Source of the DNA: a candidate division WOR-3 bacterium
Lineage (GTDB): Bacteria; Hydrothermota; Tepidihabitantia; Tepidihabitantales; Tepidihabitantaceae
Length of the DNA: 64,000 bases
Reading direction: 5' to 3'
NCBI GenBank assembly: GCA_965648905.1
Contig: CBFGIT010000008.1
Location: 32,001-96,000 of the forward strand
The notes under the pieces were generated by a model. That model saw only the letters and a program-made list of their open reading frames with translations. It was not told where the DNA came from and made no database searches. Both the position numbers and the translations under genes were made by a program. Every line of letters starts with the position of its first letter. Positions within the stretch are counted from its first letter, which is position 1. Of the stretch, positions 49,396-60,389 are shown in pieces.

Positions 49396-50424
49396 ATGCG
49401 GGTCGCGGACTTCGACTACGACCTGCCGGTCGAGCTCGTCGCTCAGGAGCCGCCTGCTCGGCGTGATGATTCGCGTCTGCTTGTGCTGGAGCGCAGAACC
49501 GGCTGCTGGCACGACGAGCACTTTCGGGACATCGGCCGGTGGCTCAAGTCGGGTGACGTCCTGGTGCTGAACGACACGCGAGTCATTCCGGCCCGGGTGT
49601 TCGGCCGTCTGCCGACCGGGGCCAGTGTCGAACTGCTGCTGCTGCGCCTGACTTCGCCCGGAGTCTGGGAAACTCTGGCACGACCGGCGCGCAAGGCCAG
49701 ACCAGGAGTGAAGCTGATCGTGGGCAGGTTCTGCGTCGAGGTGCTGGAGCGAAGGCCGGATGGAATCAGACTGGTGCGGGTCGAACCTGACGAGGTCAGC
49801 GAACTCCTGGCCGAGCAGGGTGAGGTAGCTTTGCCGCCGTACATCCGGAAGAAGTGCGCAGAGCCGGAGCGCTACCAGACCGTCTTTGCGCGGGCCGCGG
49901 GCGCTGTTGCCGCACCGACCGCCGGGCTGCACTTCACGCCTGAGCTCCTTGAGAGCCTGAAGCACCAGGGCGTTCAGACTGAATTTGTGACGCTGCACGC
50001 CGGGCTCGGAACGTTTCGACCGGTGAAGACAGAGACGGTGGAAGAGCACGTCATGCATCCGGAGGAATTTGAGTTGACCGAGGAGGCAGCCGACCGGGTC
50101 AACCGCGCTCTGGCTCAAGGCCGGCGGATTGTCTGCGGCGGAACGACCACGGTGCGGGTGCTTGAGACCCAGGCGGTGTTTGATAATTCGTCCTCGGCCT
50201 GGCAGGTGGTTCCGGGCCGGGGCGAGACGCGGCTGTACATTTGCCCGGGGTATGAGTGGAAGGTCTGCGGTGCGATGCTGACCAATTTCCATCTGCCCCG
50301 GTCGACCCTGCTGATGCTGGTGGCGGCATTCGCCGGCCGCGAGCTGGTCCTGGCTGCGTACCGGCATGCGATCGACCGGAAGTACCGGTTCTACAGCTTC
50401 GGCGATGCGATGCTGATTGTGTAG
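49396..50424 (+). CDS. queA: SAM:tRNA ribosyltransferase-isomerase
   Basis: DFDYDLP, NDTRVIPAR, LPPYI, AAPTAGLHF, TNFHLP, FYSFGDAM. Confidence 0.96.
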   Translation: MRVADFDYDLPVELVAQEPPARRDDSRLLVLERRTGCWHDEHFRDIGRWLKSGDVLVLNDTRVIPARVFGRLPTGASVELLLLRLTSPGVWETLARPARKARPGVKLIVGRFCVEVLERRPDGIRLVRVEPDEVSELLAEQGEVALPPYIRKKCAEPERYQTVFARAAGAVAAPTAGLHFTPELLESLKHQGVQTEFVTLHAGLGTFRPVKTETVEEHVMHPEEFELTEEAADRVNRALAQGRRIVCGGTTTVRVLETQAVFDNSSSAWQVVPGRGETRLYICPGYEWKVCGAMLTNFHLPRSTLLMLVAAFAGRELVLAAYRHAIDRKYRFYSFGDAMLIV

Positions 50425-50463
50425 GGCTGACCACGATACTGATTGAACAATGGAGAACGACAC

Positions 50464-52254
50464 GTGAATAGAAGAAAACCATGGCCCGGACCGAGAGCGG
50501 GCAACACGGCACGGCACGGAAGCCACGGGCAGAATCCTCGCCGTAGCGCGCGGCCGGGTGAGCCGGACGGCAACCGGTTTGAGCCGGGAACGCGCCTCGA
50601 CTGGCGCGGCGTGCCGATTCGTTCGGAACGCCGGTGGAAAAGTGGAGAGAACTATCGAAACCCCAAAGCGGGCAGTGGCTACGGGCCCCGGAAGTTCGGT
50701 TCTTCATCTCATTTCGGACGGTCATCATCCTCGACCCCGGTTGACGGTAACCGGCCCGGGCCGAACCGCCAGAGGGACCGACGGGCAGGCCGACGTCACG
50801 AGACAAGACGGAGAGCGCGACCGCACACCGAAGCGCGAACGCCGGCACACCGTACCCCTGAGCCATTCTCGGTGGTCGAACTTCTGCGCGTGACCGGCGG
50901 GCGTCAGGTCGGCAACGGACCTCAGTTCTTCAGCAGCGTTTCAATCGACACCCGGACTCTGAAGCCAGGTGATGTCTATTTCGCCCTGCACGGCAAGCGG
51001 CTCAACGGACACCAGTTTGTCGGTGACGCGCTCAGGCTCGGAGCGGCCGCGGTCGTGGTTGACCAGGCCGATGCCGCACCGGACGACTCGCTCGCGATTG
51101 TCGTTGACAACACGACTCTGGCTCTGGGTCGGTTTGCCGCGGCTTACCGGGCGAAGTTCGACATACCGGTCTTTGCAGTCACGGGCAGCAACGGCAAGAC
51201 CACGACCAAAGAGATGCTGGCCGCAGTTCTCTCGCACCGGCTGCGGACGGTCTATGCTCCGGACAGCTTCAACAACGATATCGGCGTGCCGCTGACCGTG
51301 CTGAAGCTGAACCACGAGACCCAGGCCGCGGTCTTTGAACTGGAGATGAACGAACTCGGCGGCACCGCCCGGCTGGCCCGTATCTGCCAGCCAAAGTATG
51401 GCATCATCACGAACATCGGCGACACTCACCTCGAAGCGATGAAGGGCCGACCCGGGGTCGCGCAGGAGAAAGGCGAACTGCTACAATGTCTACCCAGGCA
51501 GGGCGTGGCGATACTCAACGCCGACGACCCGGCGGTCATGGACCTGGCTCATAAGCACTGGGCCGGCCGGACACTGACATTCGGCCTGGAGCAGCCGGCT
51601 GACCTGTGGGCAACCGACATCCGGACCAATGACCTCACCGGTGTGCGATTCAAGATTCAGGGGAGGCATCCGGTCTCACTGCGGGTACCGGGAGTCCACA
51701 ACGTGATGAACGCGCTGGCTGCCTGTGCTGCTTTGGTGGCCAGCGGCACGAGTGTCGAGAAGGCTCTGGCCGGACTGGATCGGTTCCGCCCCCTGCCCAT
51801 GCGACTGACTGTTCGCCGCCTGTCTCAGGTAACGCTGATTGACGACAGCTACAATGCCAATCCGCAGTCAATGCGAGCCGCACTTGCGGTTCTCGCGGGC
51901 AGCGCGTCAGCCGGACACCGGGTGGCGTTCCTCGGCGACATGCTGGAACTGGGCGAAGCCGCACCTCAACTGCACGAGGAGCTGGGCCGCGAGCTGGCCG
52001 GAGCGGTGGACCGAGGCGTGCTCGTTGGCGCAATGGCCGAGCATGTGCTCGTCGGCGCGGTCGAGGCCGGGATGAACCGGGATGCCTTCGTTCTCGCCGA
52101 GGCCAGCGACCGGTTGCCGGACGCGGTGTTTGACATGGTCAGACCCGGGGATACAATCCTCGTCAAAGGCTCACGCGCCACAGCCATGGAACTGGTGAGC
52201 CAGGAGATTAGCAGACGATATGCAGAAAACAACGTCCAGTCCGTCGGAAGTTGA
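50464..52254 (+). CDS. murF: MurF ligase with long basic low-complexity N-terminal extension
   Basis: SIDTR, TGSNGKTTTKE, NNDIGVP, DDSYNANP, GDMLELG, VKGSR; GGAG before GTG 50464. Confidence 0.9.
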   Translation: MNRRKPWPGPRAGNTARHGSHGQNPRRSARPGEPDGNRFEPGTRLDWRGVPIRSERRWKSGENYRNPKAGSGYGPRKFGSSSHFGRSSSSTPVDGNRPGPNRQRDRRAGRRHETRRRARPHTEARTPAHRTPEPFSVVELLRVTGGRQVGNGPQFFSSVSIDTRTLKPGDVYFALHGKRLNGHQFVGDALRLGAAAVVVDQADAAPDDSLAIVVDNTTLALGRFAAAYRAKFDIPVFAVTGSNGKTTTKEMLAAVLSHRLRTVYAPDSFNNDIGVPLTVLKLNHETQAAVFELEMNELGGTARLARICQPKYGIITNIGDTHLEAMKGRPGVAQEKGELLQCLPRQGVAILNADDPAVMDLAHKHWAGRTLTFGLEQPADLWATDIRTNDLTGVRFKIQGRHPVSLRVPGVHNVMNALAACAALVASGTSVEKALAGLDRFRPLPMRLTVRRLSQVTLIDDSYNANPQSMRAALAVLAGSASAGHRVAFLGDMLELGEAAPQLHEELGRELAGAVDRGVLVGAMAEHVLVGAVEAGMNRDAFVLAEASDRLPDAVFDMVRPGDTILVKGSRATAMELVSQEISRRYAENNVQSVGS

Positions 52255-54193
52255 TTCGGTGCCGGCCCGGCCCATCGGCATCACCGACACGACCCTGCGC
52301 GATGCCCACCAGTCGCTCTGGGCCACGCGGATGCGTCTGTCCGACATGTTGCCGGTCCTGGAGCAGATTGACCGGGTCGGTTACTATTCCCTCGAGATGT
52401 GGGGCGGGGCGACGTTTGACGTATGTCTGCGCTACCTGAACGAGGACCCCTGGGAGCGACTGAGCGAAATCCGGCGCCGGGTCAAGAAGACCAAGCTCCA
52501 GATGCTGCTGCGCGGCCAGAACGTAGTCGGCTACCGCAACTACCCGGACGACGTGCTCGAGGAGTTCGTCGCCCGGTCGGCCGACCGCGGCCTGGACATC
52601 TACCGCGTGTTCGATGCTCTGAACGATGCCCGCAACCTCGAGCGGGCGATCGAGTACGTCAAGAAGCACGGCAAGCATGCCCAGGGCACGCTCTGTTATG
52701 CCATCAGCCCGGTCCACACCATCGAGTATTTCCTGGCCCGGGCCCGCGAGCAGAAAGAGATGGGCATCGATTCAATCTGCATCAAGGACATGGCCGGCAT
52801 CATTGCGCCGTCCATGGCGTATGAGCTGGTGCGGGCACTGAAAGAGGAAATCAGATTGCCGGTCCAGCTCCACTGCCACGCCTCAAGCGGCATGGCGGTG
52901 GCGAGCTATGTCAAGGCGGCAGAGGCCGGCGTTGACGTCATCGACACTGCGACCGCACCGCTTGCCTTCATGACCTCGCAGCCGGCGGCCGAGACGATGG
53001 TCGCCTGCTTTGCCGGCACGAAATGGGACCCCAAGCTCGACCTGGCGGCGATGGAACAGGTTGAGCTCCACTTTGAGAAGAACGCGGCCGAGCGGTGTGT
53101 CGGCACGAACAAGGTGGTTGACTCGATGGTCATCATCCACCAGATACCAGGAGGCATGGCTTCGAACCTCCTCTCCCAGCTCCGGGAACAGAAGGCCGAG
53201 GACCGGCTGAACGAAGTACTCGAAGAAGTGCCGCGCGTGCGTGAGGACCTGGGCTACCCGCCGCTGGTGACTCCGACCAGTCAGATCGTCGGGGTTCAGG
53301 CGGTGATGAATGTGCTCAGCGGTGACCGGTACAAGCTCGTCCCCAAGGAAGTCAAGGACTACGTGAAAGGACTCTACGGTCGGCCGCCCGCGCCCATCAG
53401 GGAGGCGGTGCTGGCCAAGATTCTGGGCAGCGAGAAGCCGATCAAGGTCCGGCCCGCTGACCTGCTCGAGCCGGCCATGCCCAGGGTGCGTCGGGAACTC
53501 GGTCGCGACCTGGTCGACAAAGAAGAGGATTACATCTCGTACGCCATCTTCCCCGAGGTGTCGCTCAAATTCTTTAACTGGCGCAAGAACCCGACCCAGA
53601 GCCCTGAGCCCAAGCCGGTCCAGGCAAGCACGGCACCGGCCCAGGCCAAGCCAGCGCCGGTTGTCCATCCTGATGACCCGGTTGTCCGGCGCGTGCGCGG
53701 CATGATGGAGCTTGTCACCCAGCACGGCGTGACCGAGTTCGAGTGGCAGCACGATGAAGAGAAGGTGCGCATCAGACGCGGCAGTGTGTCCGAACCAGCG
53801 CCAGTGTCGGTCGCGCCCCCTGTGGTAACGCCGGCTTCTCCGGCACCCCAGACAGTACCTTCATCAGCACCGGTCCAGACGGCGCCGACTCAGGCCCGGG
53901 AAGCCGGCACCGAGCCGACTCCACCGCGGGAGCCGACCCGGCCCGCGGCCAACACCGAAGAAGTGACATCGCCGATGGTCGGGACTTTCTACCTCAGGGC
54001 CCGACCCGAGTCACCGCCGTTCATCGAGAAGGGCGACGTGGTCGATGCCGGCTCAACCCTGTGTATCGTCGAGGCAATGAAGCTGATGAACGAGATCCAG
54101 GCCGAGAAGAAGTGCCGGATCGTGGACATCGTGGTTGATGACGGCGAGTCGGTCGAGTACGGCCAGCCGCTCGTCATCATCGAACCGCTCTAG
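52220..54193 (+). CDS. Pyruvate carboxylase B/oxaloacetate decarboxylase alpha-type carboxyltransferase fused to biotin carrier
   Basis: TLRDAHQSL.ATR, WGGATFD, IKDMAG, HCH, PLVTPTSQIVG, EAMKLMNEI. Confidence 0.9.
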   Translation: MQKTTSSPSEVDSVPARPIGITDTTLRDAHQSLWATRMRLSDMLPVLEQIDRVGYYSLEMWGGATFDVCLRYLNEDPWERLSEIRRRVKKTKLQMLLRGQNVVGYRNYPDDVLEEFVARSADRGLDIYRVFDALNDARNLERAIEYVKKHGKHAQGTLCYAISPVHTIEYFLARAREQKEMGIDSICIKDMAGIIAPSMAYELVRALKEEIRLPVQLHCHASSGMAVASYVKAAEAGVDVIDTATAPLAFMTSQPAAETMVACFAGTKWDPKLDLAAMEQVELHFEKNAAERCVGTNKVVDSMVIIHQIPGGMASNLLSQLREQKAEDRLNEVLEEVPRVREDLGYPPLVTPTSQIVGVQAVMNVLSGDRYKLVPKEVKDYVKGLYGRPPAPIREAVLAKILGSEKPIKVRPADLLEPAMPRVRRELGRDLVDKEEDYISYAIFPEVSLKFFNWRKNPTQSPEPKPVQASTAPAQAKPAPVVHPDDPVVRRVRGMMELVTQHGVTEFEWQHDEEKVRIRRGSVSEPAPVSVAPPVVTPASPAPQTVPSSAPVQTAPTQAREAGTEPTPPREPTRPAANTEEVTSPMVGTFYLRARPESPPFIEKGDVVDAGSTLCIVEAMKLMNEIQAEKKCRIVDIVVDDGESVEYGQPLVIIEPL

Positions 54194-54215
54194 CCGGCCC
54201 GGGCACCCGGAATCG

Positions 54216-55064
54216 ATGAGCTACCTGGTCGGGACCAGCGGCTTTTCGTTTGACGACTGGCTCGGCCCGGTCTACCCGGCTGGGCTGCCCAAATCCAAGT
54301 GGCTGCAGTACTACGAGCAGGCGCTCGGGTTTGATGCGGTCGAGCTCAACTTCACGTACTACACCATGCCGGCGGCCCGAACCTTGGAATCAATGCTCCG
54401 CCGCACCGGCTCGGACTTCACGTTTGTGGTCCGCTCGCACAAAGACATGACCCACGAAATCTGGCAGGACGAGAAGCGCACGACGCTCAAAGACACAACC
54501 ACGGCGTTCCAGACGTTCGGCGAGGGCGTCAGGCCGCTCGTCGAGGCGAAGCGTCTCGGCTGCGTGCTGATTCAGTTCCCGGTCTACTTCTACCCGGTGC
54601 CTTCGAGCCTGGATTACCTGCGCCGGCTGCCTGAACTGCTGCCGGGCGTGTTGCTCACCGTCGAGTTCCGTAACCGCTCGTGGCTGCGCGATGCGACGTT
54701 CAGACTGCTCGAAGAAACCGGCATGGGGTTCTGCGTGGTCGATGAGCCGAAACTGCCGCGACTCGTGCCATTCTTGCCCAGGCGCACGGCCCGGGTCGGC
54801 TACTTCCGGTTCCATGGCCGGAATCCGAACTGGTTCAACGCCCCGCGTGAGGAGAGATATGACTACCTGTACTCGAAACCGGAGCTTGACGAGTTCGTCC
54901 CGCCGCTGCGCAGTGTCGCCTCCGGAGCCAAGGAGACGTTCGTCTTCTTCAACAACTGCCATGCCGGGTCCGCGGCCCGCAACGCCCTGATGATGAAGCA
55001 GATGCTCGGGCTGGTGGACAATCTCACTCCGGAACAGCAGCGGGTCGTGAACGGCGCCCGGTAA
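54216..55064 (+). CDS. DUF72 family protein
   Basis: VGTSGFSFDDW.G.VYP, VELN.TYY, VEFRN.SW, YFRFHGRN, YDYLYS, FFNN. Confidence 0.9.
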   Translation: MSYLVGTSGFSFDDWLGPVYPAGLPKSKWLQYYEQALGFDAVELNFTYYTMPAARTLESMLRRTGSDFTFVVRSHKDMTHEIWQDEKRTTLKDTTTAFQTFGEGVRPLVEAKRLGCVLIQFPVYFYPVPSSLDYLRRLPELLPGVLLTVEFRNRSWLRDATFRLLEETGMGFCVVDEPKLPRLVPFLPRRTARVGYFRFHGRNPNWFNAPREERYDYLYSKPELDEFVPPLRSVASGAKETFVFFNNCHAGSAARNALMMKQMLGLVDNLTPEQQRVVNGAR

Positions 55065-55068
55065 CAGC

Positions 55069-55932
55069 TCACGGCTTTCGCCCGGGGTCGGTTCGGGTAT
55101 AGACAACGCGGCGGGGAAAGGGAATCTCCACGTTCGCGGTATCAAAGGCCTGCTTCAGTCGCAGCCGCAACTGCCGTTCTGCTTCCCAATGCTGAAGCGG
55201 TTGGACCTTGGCCACGATTCTGATCGTCATGCCGGACTCGCCGAGACTGAGCAGACCGTGAACCTCGGGCGGCTCAAGCGCAGTCGGCCGGTTCTCGGCG
55301 TACCAGGCATCGGCGACTTCCCTGGCCTTGGCCATGCCGAGCGCTGGGTCCTGTTCGTAGGCCAGGTCCACAGTAACAAGCGCGCGCATGAAGCCGCGGT
55401 TCTGGTTGCCGAACCGGGTCAGCTCGCCGTTGGGAATGACGTAGAGCGTACCGTCGAACCCGCGCACCTGACAGGCCCGCAGTCCGACCCGCTCGACCGT
55501 GCCCCGGATGTCACTGGTCGTGATGTAGTCACCGACGCCGACCAGGTCTTCAAACAGCAGGAAGAAACCGGAGATTACGTCTTTGACCAGGGTTTGGGCT
55601 CCGAATCCGACTGCGAGCCCGACGACGCCGGCGCCGGCCAGAATCGTCGTGTAGTCGACTCCCAGGACCCTGAGGCACAAGACTGAGACAAAGAACAGGA
55701 TGAAGTAGCCGGCCAGGCTATAGACCAAGGAGACGACCGTGCGCGGCCGTCGCGTGCGGCGCAGCCGCTCTGACTTAAGCAGTCCGCGGGCAAGTCGGCG
55801 TACCACGTTCCAGACCAGGGCCGCGAGCACGATAATGATGACGATGTTAATGAACCTGGAGGCGTACTGAGCAAGTCTCTCCGGTTCAAGGAACTGTCGG
55901 CGCAGTGACTCGGAAAGCGCGTGCCAGAACAC
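55069..55932 (-). CDS. Small-conductance mechanosensitive channel family protein
   Basis: AGAGVVGLAVGFGAQTLVKDVISGF, VGDYI, IPNG, EIPFP. Confidence 0.9.
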   Translation of the reverse strand: MFWHALSESLRRQFLEPERLAQYASRFINIVIIIVLAALVWNVVRRLARGLLKSERLRRTRRPRTVVSLVYSLAGYFILFFVSVLCLRVLGVDYTTILAGAGVVGLAVGFGAQTLVKDVISGFFLLFEDLVGVGDYITTSDIRGTVERVGLRACQVRGFDGTLYVIPNGELTRFGNQNRGFMRALVTVDLAYEQDPALGMAKAREVADAWYAENRPTALEPPEVHGLLSLGESGMTIRIVAKVQPLQHWEAERQLRLRLKQAFDTANVEIPFPRRVVYTRTDPGRKP

Positions 55933-56969
55933 TAGCCGACCACCTCAATCGTGCCGGCCCGGCCCGCCGTGACTTCGCCGACATACCAGGCCTGCTCGCC
56001 CGCGTCGGCCATGCGCTTGACAAACTCGTCAACACGGCCCGGCTTGAGCGCCACGAGGAGCCCGCCCGAGCTCTGAGACTCCCAGACGATGGCGCGTACT
56101 GGCATGGGGACGTCGGGGTGGAAAGTAACGTATGGGCCGAAGGCGTTTTCGTTCATGGCTGTGCCCGGGTCCTGGAACTGCTCGGCTCGCGCGAGCACTC
56201 CGGGCAAGATCGGTAGCCTGTTGGAAAAGAACCTCAGGCTGACGAGCGAGCCTTCGGCCATCTCCTGGGCATGGCCGAGCAACCCGTAGCCGGTAATGTC
56301 GGTGGCCGAGCTGGCGTCGCACGCAAGCATGGCCTCAGACCCGGCCCGGTTCAGCCGCATCATCGAGCTCGTCGCGGCCTGGTACAGCTCAGAGTCGGGT
56401 TCGTCCGGACTCATCATCATCTGGCTGAACACGCCCGTGCCGAGCGGCTTGGTCAGCACCAGACTGTCACCAGCCTGCGCCCGGGCGTTGGTCACAATCC
56501 GGTCCGGCCGGATTCGGCCGGTGACCGACAGACCGAACTTGATTTCCTTCTCGTTGAAGGTGTGCCCGCCGACCACCACTGCCCCGGCTTCATCAACCGC
56601 ATCCTGCCCCCCGCGCAGGATTTCGCCCAGCACCCGCTTGTCCATCGGCCCGGGAAAACCGACGACGTTCAGGGCCGTGAGCGGCGTGCCGCCCATCGCG
56701 TACACATCTGACAGCGAATTGGCCGCAGCGATTCGGCCGAAGGTGTACGGGTCTTCAACCATCGGGGTGAGCAGGTCCACGGTCTGAACCAGGGCAAGAC
56801 CATCCTCGACCAGGAAGACGCCCGCGTCGTCGGCTGTGTTGATACCGACGAGGAGTCTTGGGTCGGTCGACGGTTTCAGTCCTTCGAGTGCTTGCGCCAA
56901 CTGCGCCTTGCCGAGTTTGGACGCTCAGCCGGCACAGGTGACGGTAGCGAGAATGCCTCGTCTGGCCAC
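55932..56969 (-). CDS. selD: Selenide, water dikinase containing selenocysteine (Sec15)
   Basis: AAAGGA RBS, GTG 56969, MARRGILATVTCAG-U-ASKLG with TGA 56927-56925; DDAG, ANSLSDVYAMGG, TDITGYGLLGH. Confidence 0.93.
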
Positions 56970-57003
56970 AGGTTCCTTTCTAGCGACGGTCTGCCGTTGC
57001 CAG

Positions 57004-58890
57004 TCACTTCTGCCTGAGTATTCGCACTTCGCCTTTGCGCTGCGTCAGGCCGCGCGAGTCGAGGTAGTTGAGGAGGGGGATGAGGTACTTGCGCGACGTG
57101 CCAAGCTCCTGGCGAATCTCCGAGGCGGTCAGCTCGGGTTTGAACTCAAACAGGGTTCTGACTCTCTTTTCTGCGTTCTTCACCGTGTCGCAGTGCAGAA
57201 CGACGGATTCACCGAGGTCCACCAGCCGGCCTGATTCGAGCAGCGCAGCCCGGACGCGCTCGGCCAGCTTCTTCTCGACTCCGGCCAGGGCTTCGGACAG
57301 GGGCGGAGTCATGAACCCGGCCTCGCGGTACAAAGCCTCAATCCGGTCAAAATGCTTCTGCTCGGCCGGCCCGAGCTTGAGCGAGTGAGTGGCGAATCTC
57401 ACTCTGTCTTCTTCGAGAGCAAGCCGGCCCGCGGCGATAAGTTCCGAAAGCAGGCTCTCGAACAGAGGCAGCGACAACCCGGCCTTGGCCCGGAGTTCGG
57501 ACCGCTTCATGCCGAGCCGGAATGGATTCTCGTGGTGGAACTTCTCCAGTACGCCGAGCAGCGCGGCCTGTGCGTCAACGTACGCCGCCTCATGCACCAG
57601 GTATTCCCTGGACTCGAACCGGAGCCGGCGCACCCGGGCGGTCCGGACCAGCGCGTCGAGCATCTGCACGGCGTCGGCATCAGCCAAGGCAAGGTCTTTG
57701 GCCGCCTGCGCCAGGAGCCGGGCGTCGAACCGGTTCTTGACGAGATACTGTTCGAGCACGCTGCCCGCCTCGCCGGTGCGCAACGCTTTGAGCCGAGCAA
57801 TGGTCGCGGCATCGAATCTGCGCTCTTTGTCCGGGTTCGCCTCGAGGACCACACCCCCACCCACGGTCTGCTGCGGGGCAAAGGTACGGAGCACGAAGTG
57901 GTCGTTCCAGTCGCACACCACCGGTTCCTCGAGCCGGCACTGGACAAGCCCTTCTTGACCGGGCGTGAGTTCTCTTGCGTCGATGAGCAGCACTCGGCAC
58001 ATGACCTCGGCCGTGCCGATGTGGAGTTTGAGCCGGGTCAGGTTCCTCAAAGGCCGGCCCGCATCCTTCAAGTAGTAGAACCAGGCGTTGAACATGTCGG
58101 TCGGACGGTAGTAGCCGGGCGTGGCCAGCACGCTGCCGCGCATCGCCGCCTCGCGTTCGATGCCCTGCAGGTTCAGGGCGGCCCGCTCGCCCAACCCCGC
58201 TTTCTCGGCCGCCTTGCCGTGCTTCTGGATGCCGCGCACCCTGACCTCACCTTCCTCAGGCAGAAGCTCCACCCGGTCGCCGACCTTCACCTGACCGGAG
58301 AGAATCGTACCTGCGACCACGGTCCCAAAACCCTTCATCACGAAGTTCCGGTCAATCGGCATCCGAAACACACCCCGGTCCGGCCGAACCGGAACCCGGG
58401 CCGCAGCTTCGCTGATTGCCTGTTTCAACTCCGCAATGCCGGTCCCGGTCAGGGCCGACACCGCGACGACCGGCGCCTTCTCAAGAAACGAACCTTTGAC
58501 AAGGTCGGCCACATCCAGCCTGACCAGTTCGAGCATCTCCTCATCGACCAGATCACACTTGTTGATTGCCACCAGACCCCGGCTGATGCCCATCAGCCGG
58601 CAGATTTCAAAGTGCTCGCGGGTCTGGGGCATGACGCCGTCGTCGGCAGCAACAACCAGAACTACAAGGTCAACCGTACTTGCGCCGGCCAGCATGTGCC
58701 GGACAAACCGCTCGTGCCCAGGAACGTCAATGACCGTGATGTCATCGCCCAAGAACGCGAAACCCAGGTCAGTGGTCATCCCGCGCGCTCGCTCCTCTTT
58801 GAGCCGGTCCGGGTCAGTACCGGTCAGAGCGCGGACCAGGGCGCTCTTGCCGTGGTCAATGTGACCGGCAGTGCCTACGACGATGTGCAT
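57004..58890 (-). CDS. selB: Selenocysteine-specific elongation factor
   Basis: [34 protein letters not shown]-term [12 protein letters not shown]. Confidence 0.95.
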   Translation of the reverse strand: MHIVVGTAGHIDHGKSALVRALTGTDPDRLKEERARGMTTDLGFAFLGDDITVIDVPGHERFVRHMLAGASTVDLVVLVVAADDGVMPQTREHFEICRLMGISRGLVAINKCDLVDEEMLELVRLDVADLVKGSFLEKAPVVAVSALTGTGIAELKQAISEAAARVPVRPDRGVFRMPIDRNFVMKGFGTVVAGTILSGQVKVGDRVELLPEEGEVRVRGIQKHGKAAEKAGLGERAALNLQGIEREAAMRGSVLATPGYYRPTDMFNAWFYYLKDAGRPLRNLTRLKLHIGTAEVMCRVLLIDARELTPGQEGLVQCRLEEPVVCDWNDHFVLRTFAPQQTVGGGVVLEANPDKERRFDAATIARLKALRTGEAGSVLEQYLVKNRFDARLLAQAAKDLALADADAVQMLDALVRTARVRRLRFESREYLVHEAAYVDAQAALLGVLEKFHHENPFRLGMKRSELRAKAGLSLPLFESLLSELIAAGRLALEEDRVRFATHSLKLGPAEQKHFDRIEALYREAGFMTPPLSEALAGVEKKLAERVRAALLESGRLVDLGESVVLHCDTVKNAEKRVRTLFEFKPELTASEIRQELGTSRKYLIPLLNYLDSRGLTQRKGEVRILRQK

Positions 58891-58937
58891 GAGTAGCGCT
58901 ATGCCCGGCGGATGGTGAAACGGGACCTGGTCATTCT

Positions 58938-60389
58938 CTAGAATCCTCGACGGTCGGCCGCGCCGGGAATCTTCAATTCTGCCCGGTACTTCGCCACGGT
59001 GCGACGGGAGATTTCGATCCCCTCGGTCTTGAGCCGGTTGCAGATCTCGTCGTCGTTGAGGGGGTTGGACTTGTCTTCGGCTTCGATGATTGCCTGGACT
59101 CGGCCCTTAATGCTCGTGCGGGACTTGTCTTTGGTGCCGGCCTTGAAGAAGTAGCTCAAGGGGAATATGCCAAATGACGTCTCGACGTACTTGCCGGCAA
59201 TTGCCCGGGAGATGGTCGAGGCGTGAACGCCGATACGGTCTGCGGCCTGGCGGAGAGTTGCTGGTTTGAGGTGTTCGCGGCCGTGGATGAAGAAGTCGCG
59301 TTGTTCCTGGATTACGACCTCAACGAGTCTCTGGAGTGTACGGCGCCGTGATTCGATGCCGCGCAGGAACATTAAGGCGCGCTGGAACTTCAGCCGGGCG
59401 AATTCGACCTGCTCTTTGGGGTAGGACTTCGGATTGCGCAGGATCTCCTGGTAGCGGCGTGCCAGTCGCAGGCGGGGAAAAGTCTCGTCGTTCGGCACCG
59501 CAACGAGCTTGTCTTCCTGCCATTCGACCGAGAAGTCCGGGGCGACGTAGGCTGGCATGCCGGCAGCGAACCGGCGGGCCGGTCTCGGTTCAAGCTTAAG
59601 GATGGTCTGAATCGCCTGACGGATATCGTCCTCGGTGACACCACACAGCCTGGCGATCTTGGCGGTCTGCTTCTTCATCAGCAGGTCCCAGTGGTCGCGC
59701 AGGAGTTTGCACTCGAGGCTTTGCGGGTCAGAGCCGGCGAGTTCGAGCTGGATGAGAAGTGATTCGCGGGCGTCGCGACAGCCGATGCCGCCCGGCTCCA
59801 GACGCTGGATGACAAACAGCACGGACCGGACCCGCTCAACATCGGTCTCCACTGCGGCTGCGACTTCATCGTCGGTCATGGTCAGGAATCCGTCTTCGTC
59901 AATCGAGTCGACGATGAACTCGGCGATGGCTGCGTCTTCGTCGCTCAGACTGGCGCGGAGTCGGGGCATCAGGGTGTCGTGGAGGCTCGATTCCGGGCCT
60001 GAGGTCAGCTCGACGGCGGATTCGCGCTGGTCTCCAGAGCCGCCGGTCAAGGGTACCGGCATGCCGTCTTCAGGCAGGAGCTCAGCAATCGAGTACTCGT
60101 CGCCGGGCCGAACCTCGAAGTTGGACTGAGCTTCGGACAAGGTCTGTTCCTGCTCAGGAGTCGCATCTGGACCTGAGTCAGGCTGAGAGGCGACCATGGT
60201 TTCAGCGGCGAGCGGGTTTTCCGGGTCGGGCTGGTCATCAACCTGCTCCAAGGCCGGATTCTCCTCCAGTTCCTGCCGAACAAGCTGCTCGAGGTCGAGG
60301 GCTGAAACCTGAAGGAGTTTCATCTGGAGGATGAGTTGCTGAGTTACCCTCAGCTCCTGACGCAGGGACAGTTCCTGAATCAGGTTCAT
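58938..60389 (-). CDS. rpoN: RNA polymerase sigma-54 factor
   Basis: Gln-rich N-terminus, ELEENP, HASTISRA, SRRTVAKYR RpoN box. Confidence 0.95.
   Translation of the reverse strand: MNLIQELSLRQELRVTQQLILQMKLLQVSALDLEQLVRQELEENPALEQVDDQPDPENPLAAETMVASQPDSGPDATPEQEQTLSEAQSNFEVRPGDEYSIAELLPEDGMPVPLTGGSGDQRESAVELTSGPESSLHDTLMPRLRASLSDEDAAIAEFIVDSIDEDGFLTMTDDEVAAAVETDVERVRSVLFVIQRLEPGGIGCRDARESLLIQLELAGSDPQSLECKLLRDHWDLLMKKQTAKIARLCGVTEDDIRQAIQTILKLEPRPARRFAAGMPAYVAPDFSVEWQEDKLVAVPNDETFPRLRLARRYQEILRNPKSYPKEQVEFARLKFQRALMFLRGIESRRRTLQRLVEVVIQEQRDFFIHGREHLKPATLRQAADRIGVHASTISRAIAGKYVETSFGIFPLSYFFKAGTKDKSRTSIKGRVQAIIEAEDKSNPLNDDEICNRLKTEGIEISRRTVAKYRAELKIPGAADRRGF

Noticed and set aside
48202..50526. 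774-aa minus-strand ORF
   Set aside because: Antisense shadow of purE-purC-queA in high-GC DNA; no motifs
57352..58896. 514-aa plus-strand ORF (likewise 15332-16660 and 31557-32930)
   Set aside because: Antisense shadows of selB, murC and thrS
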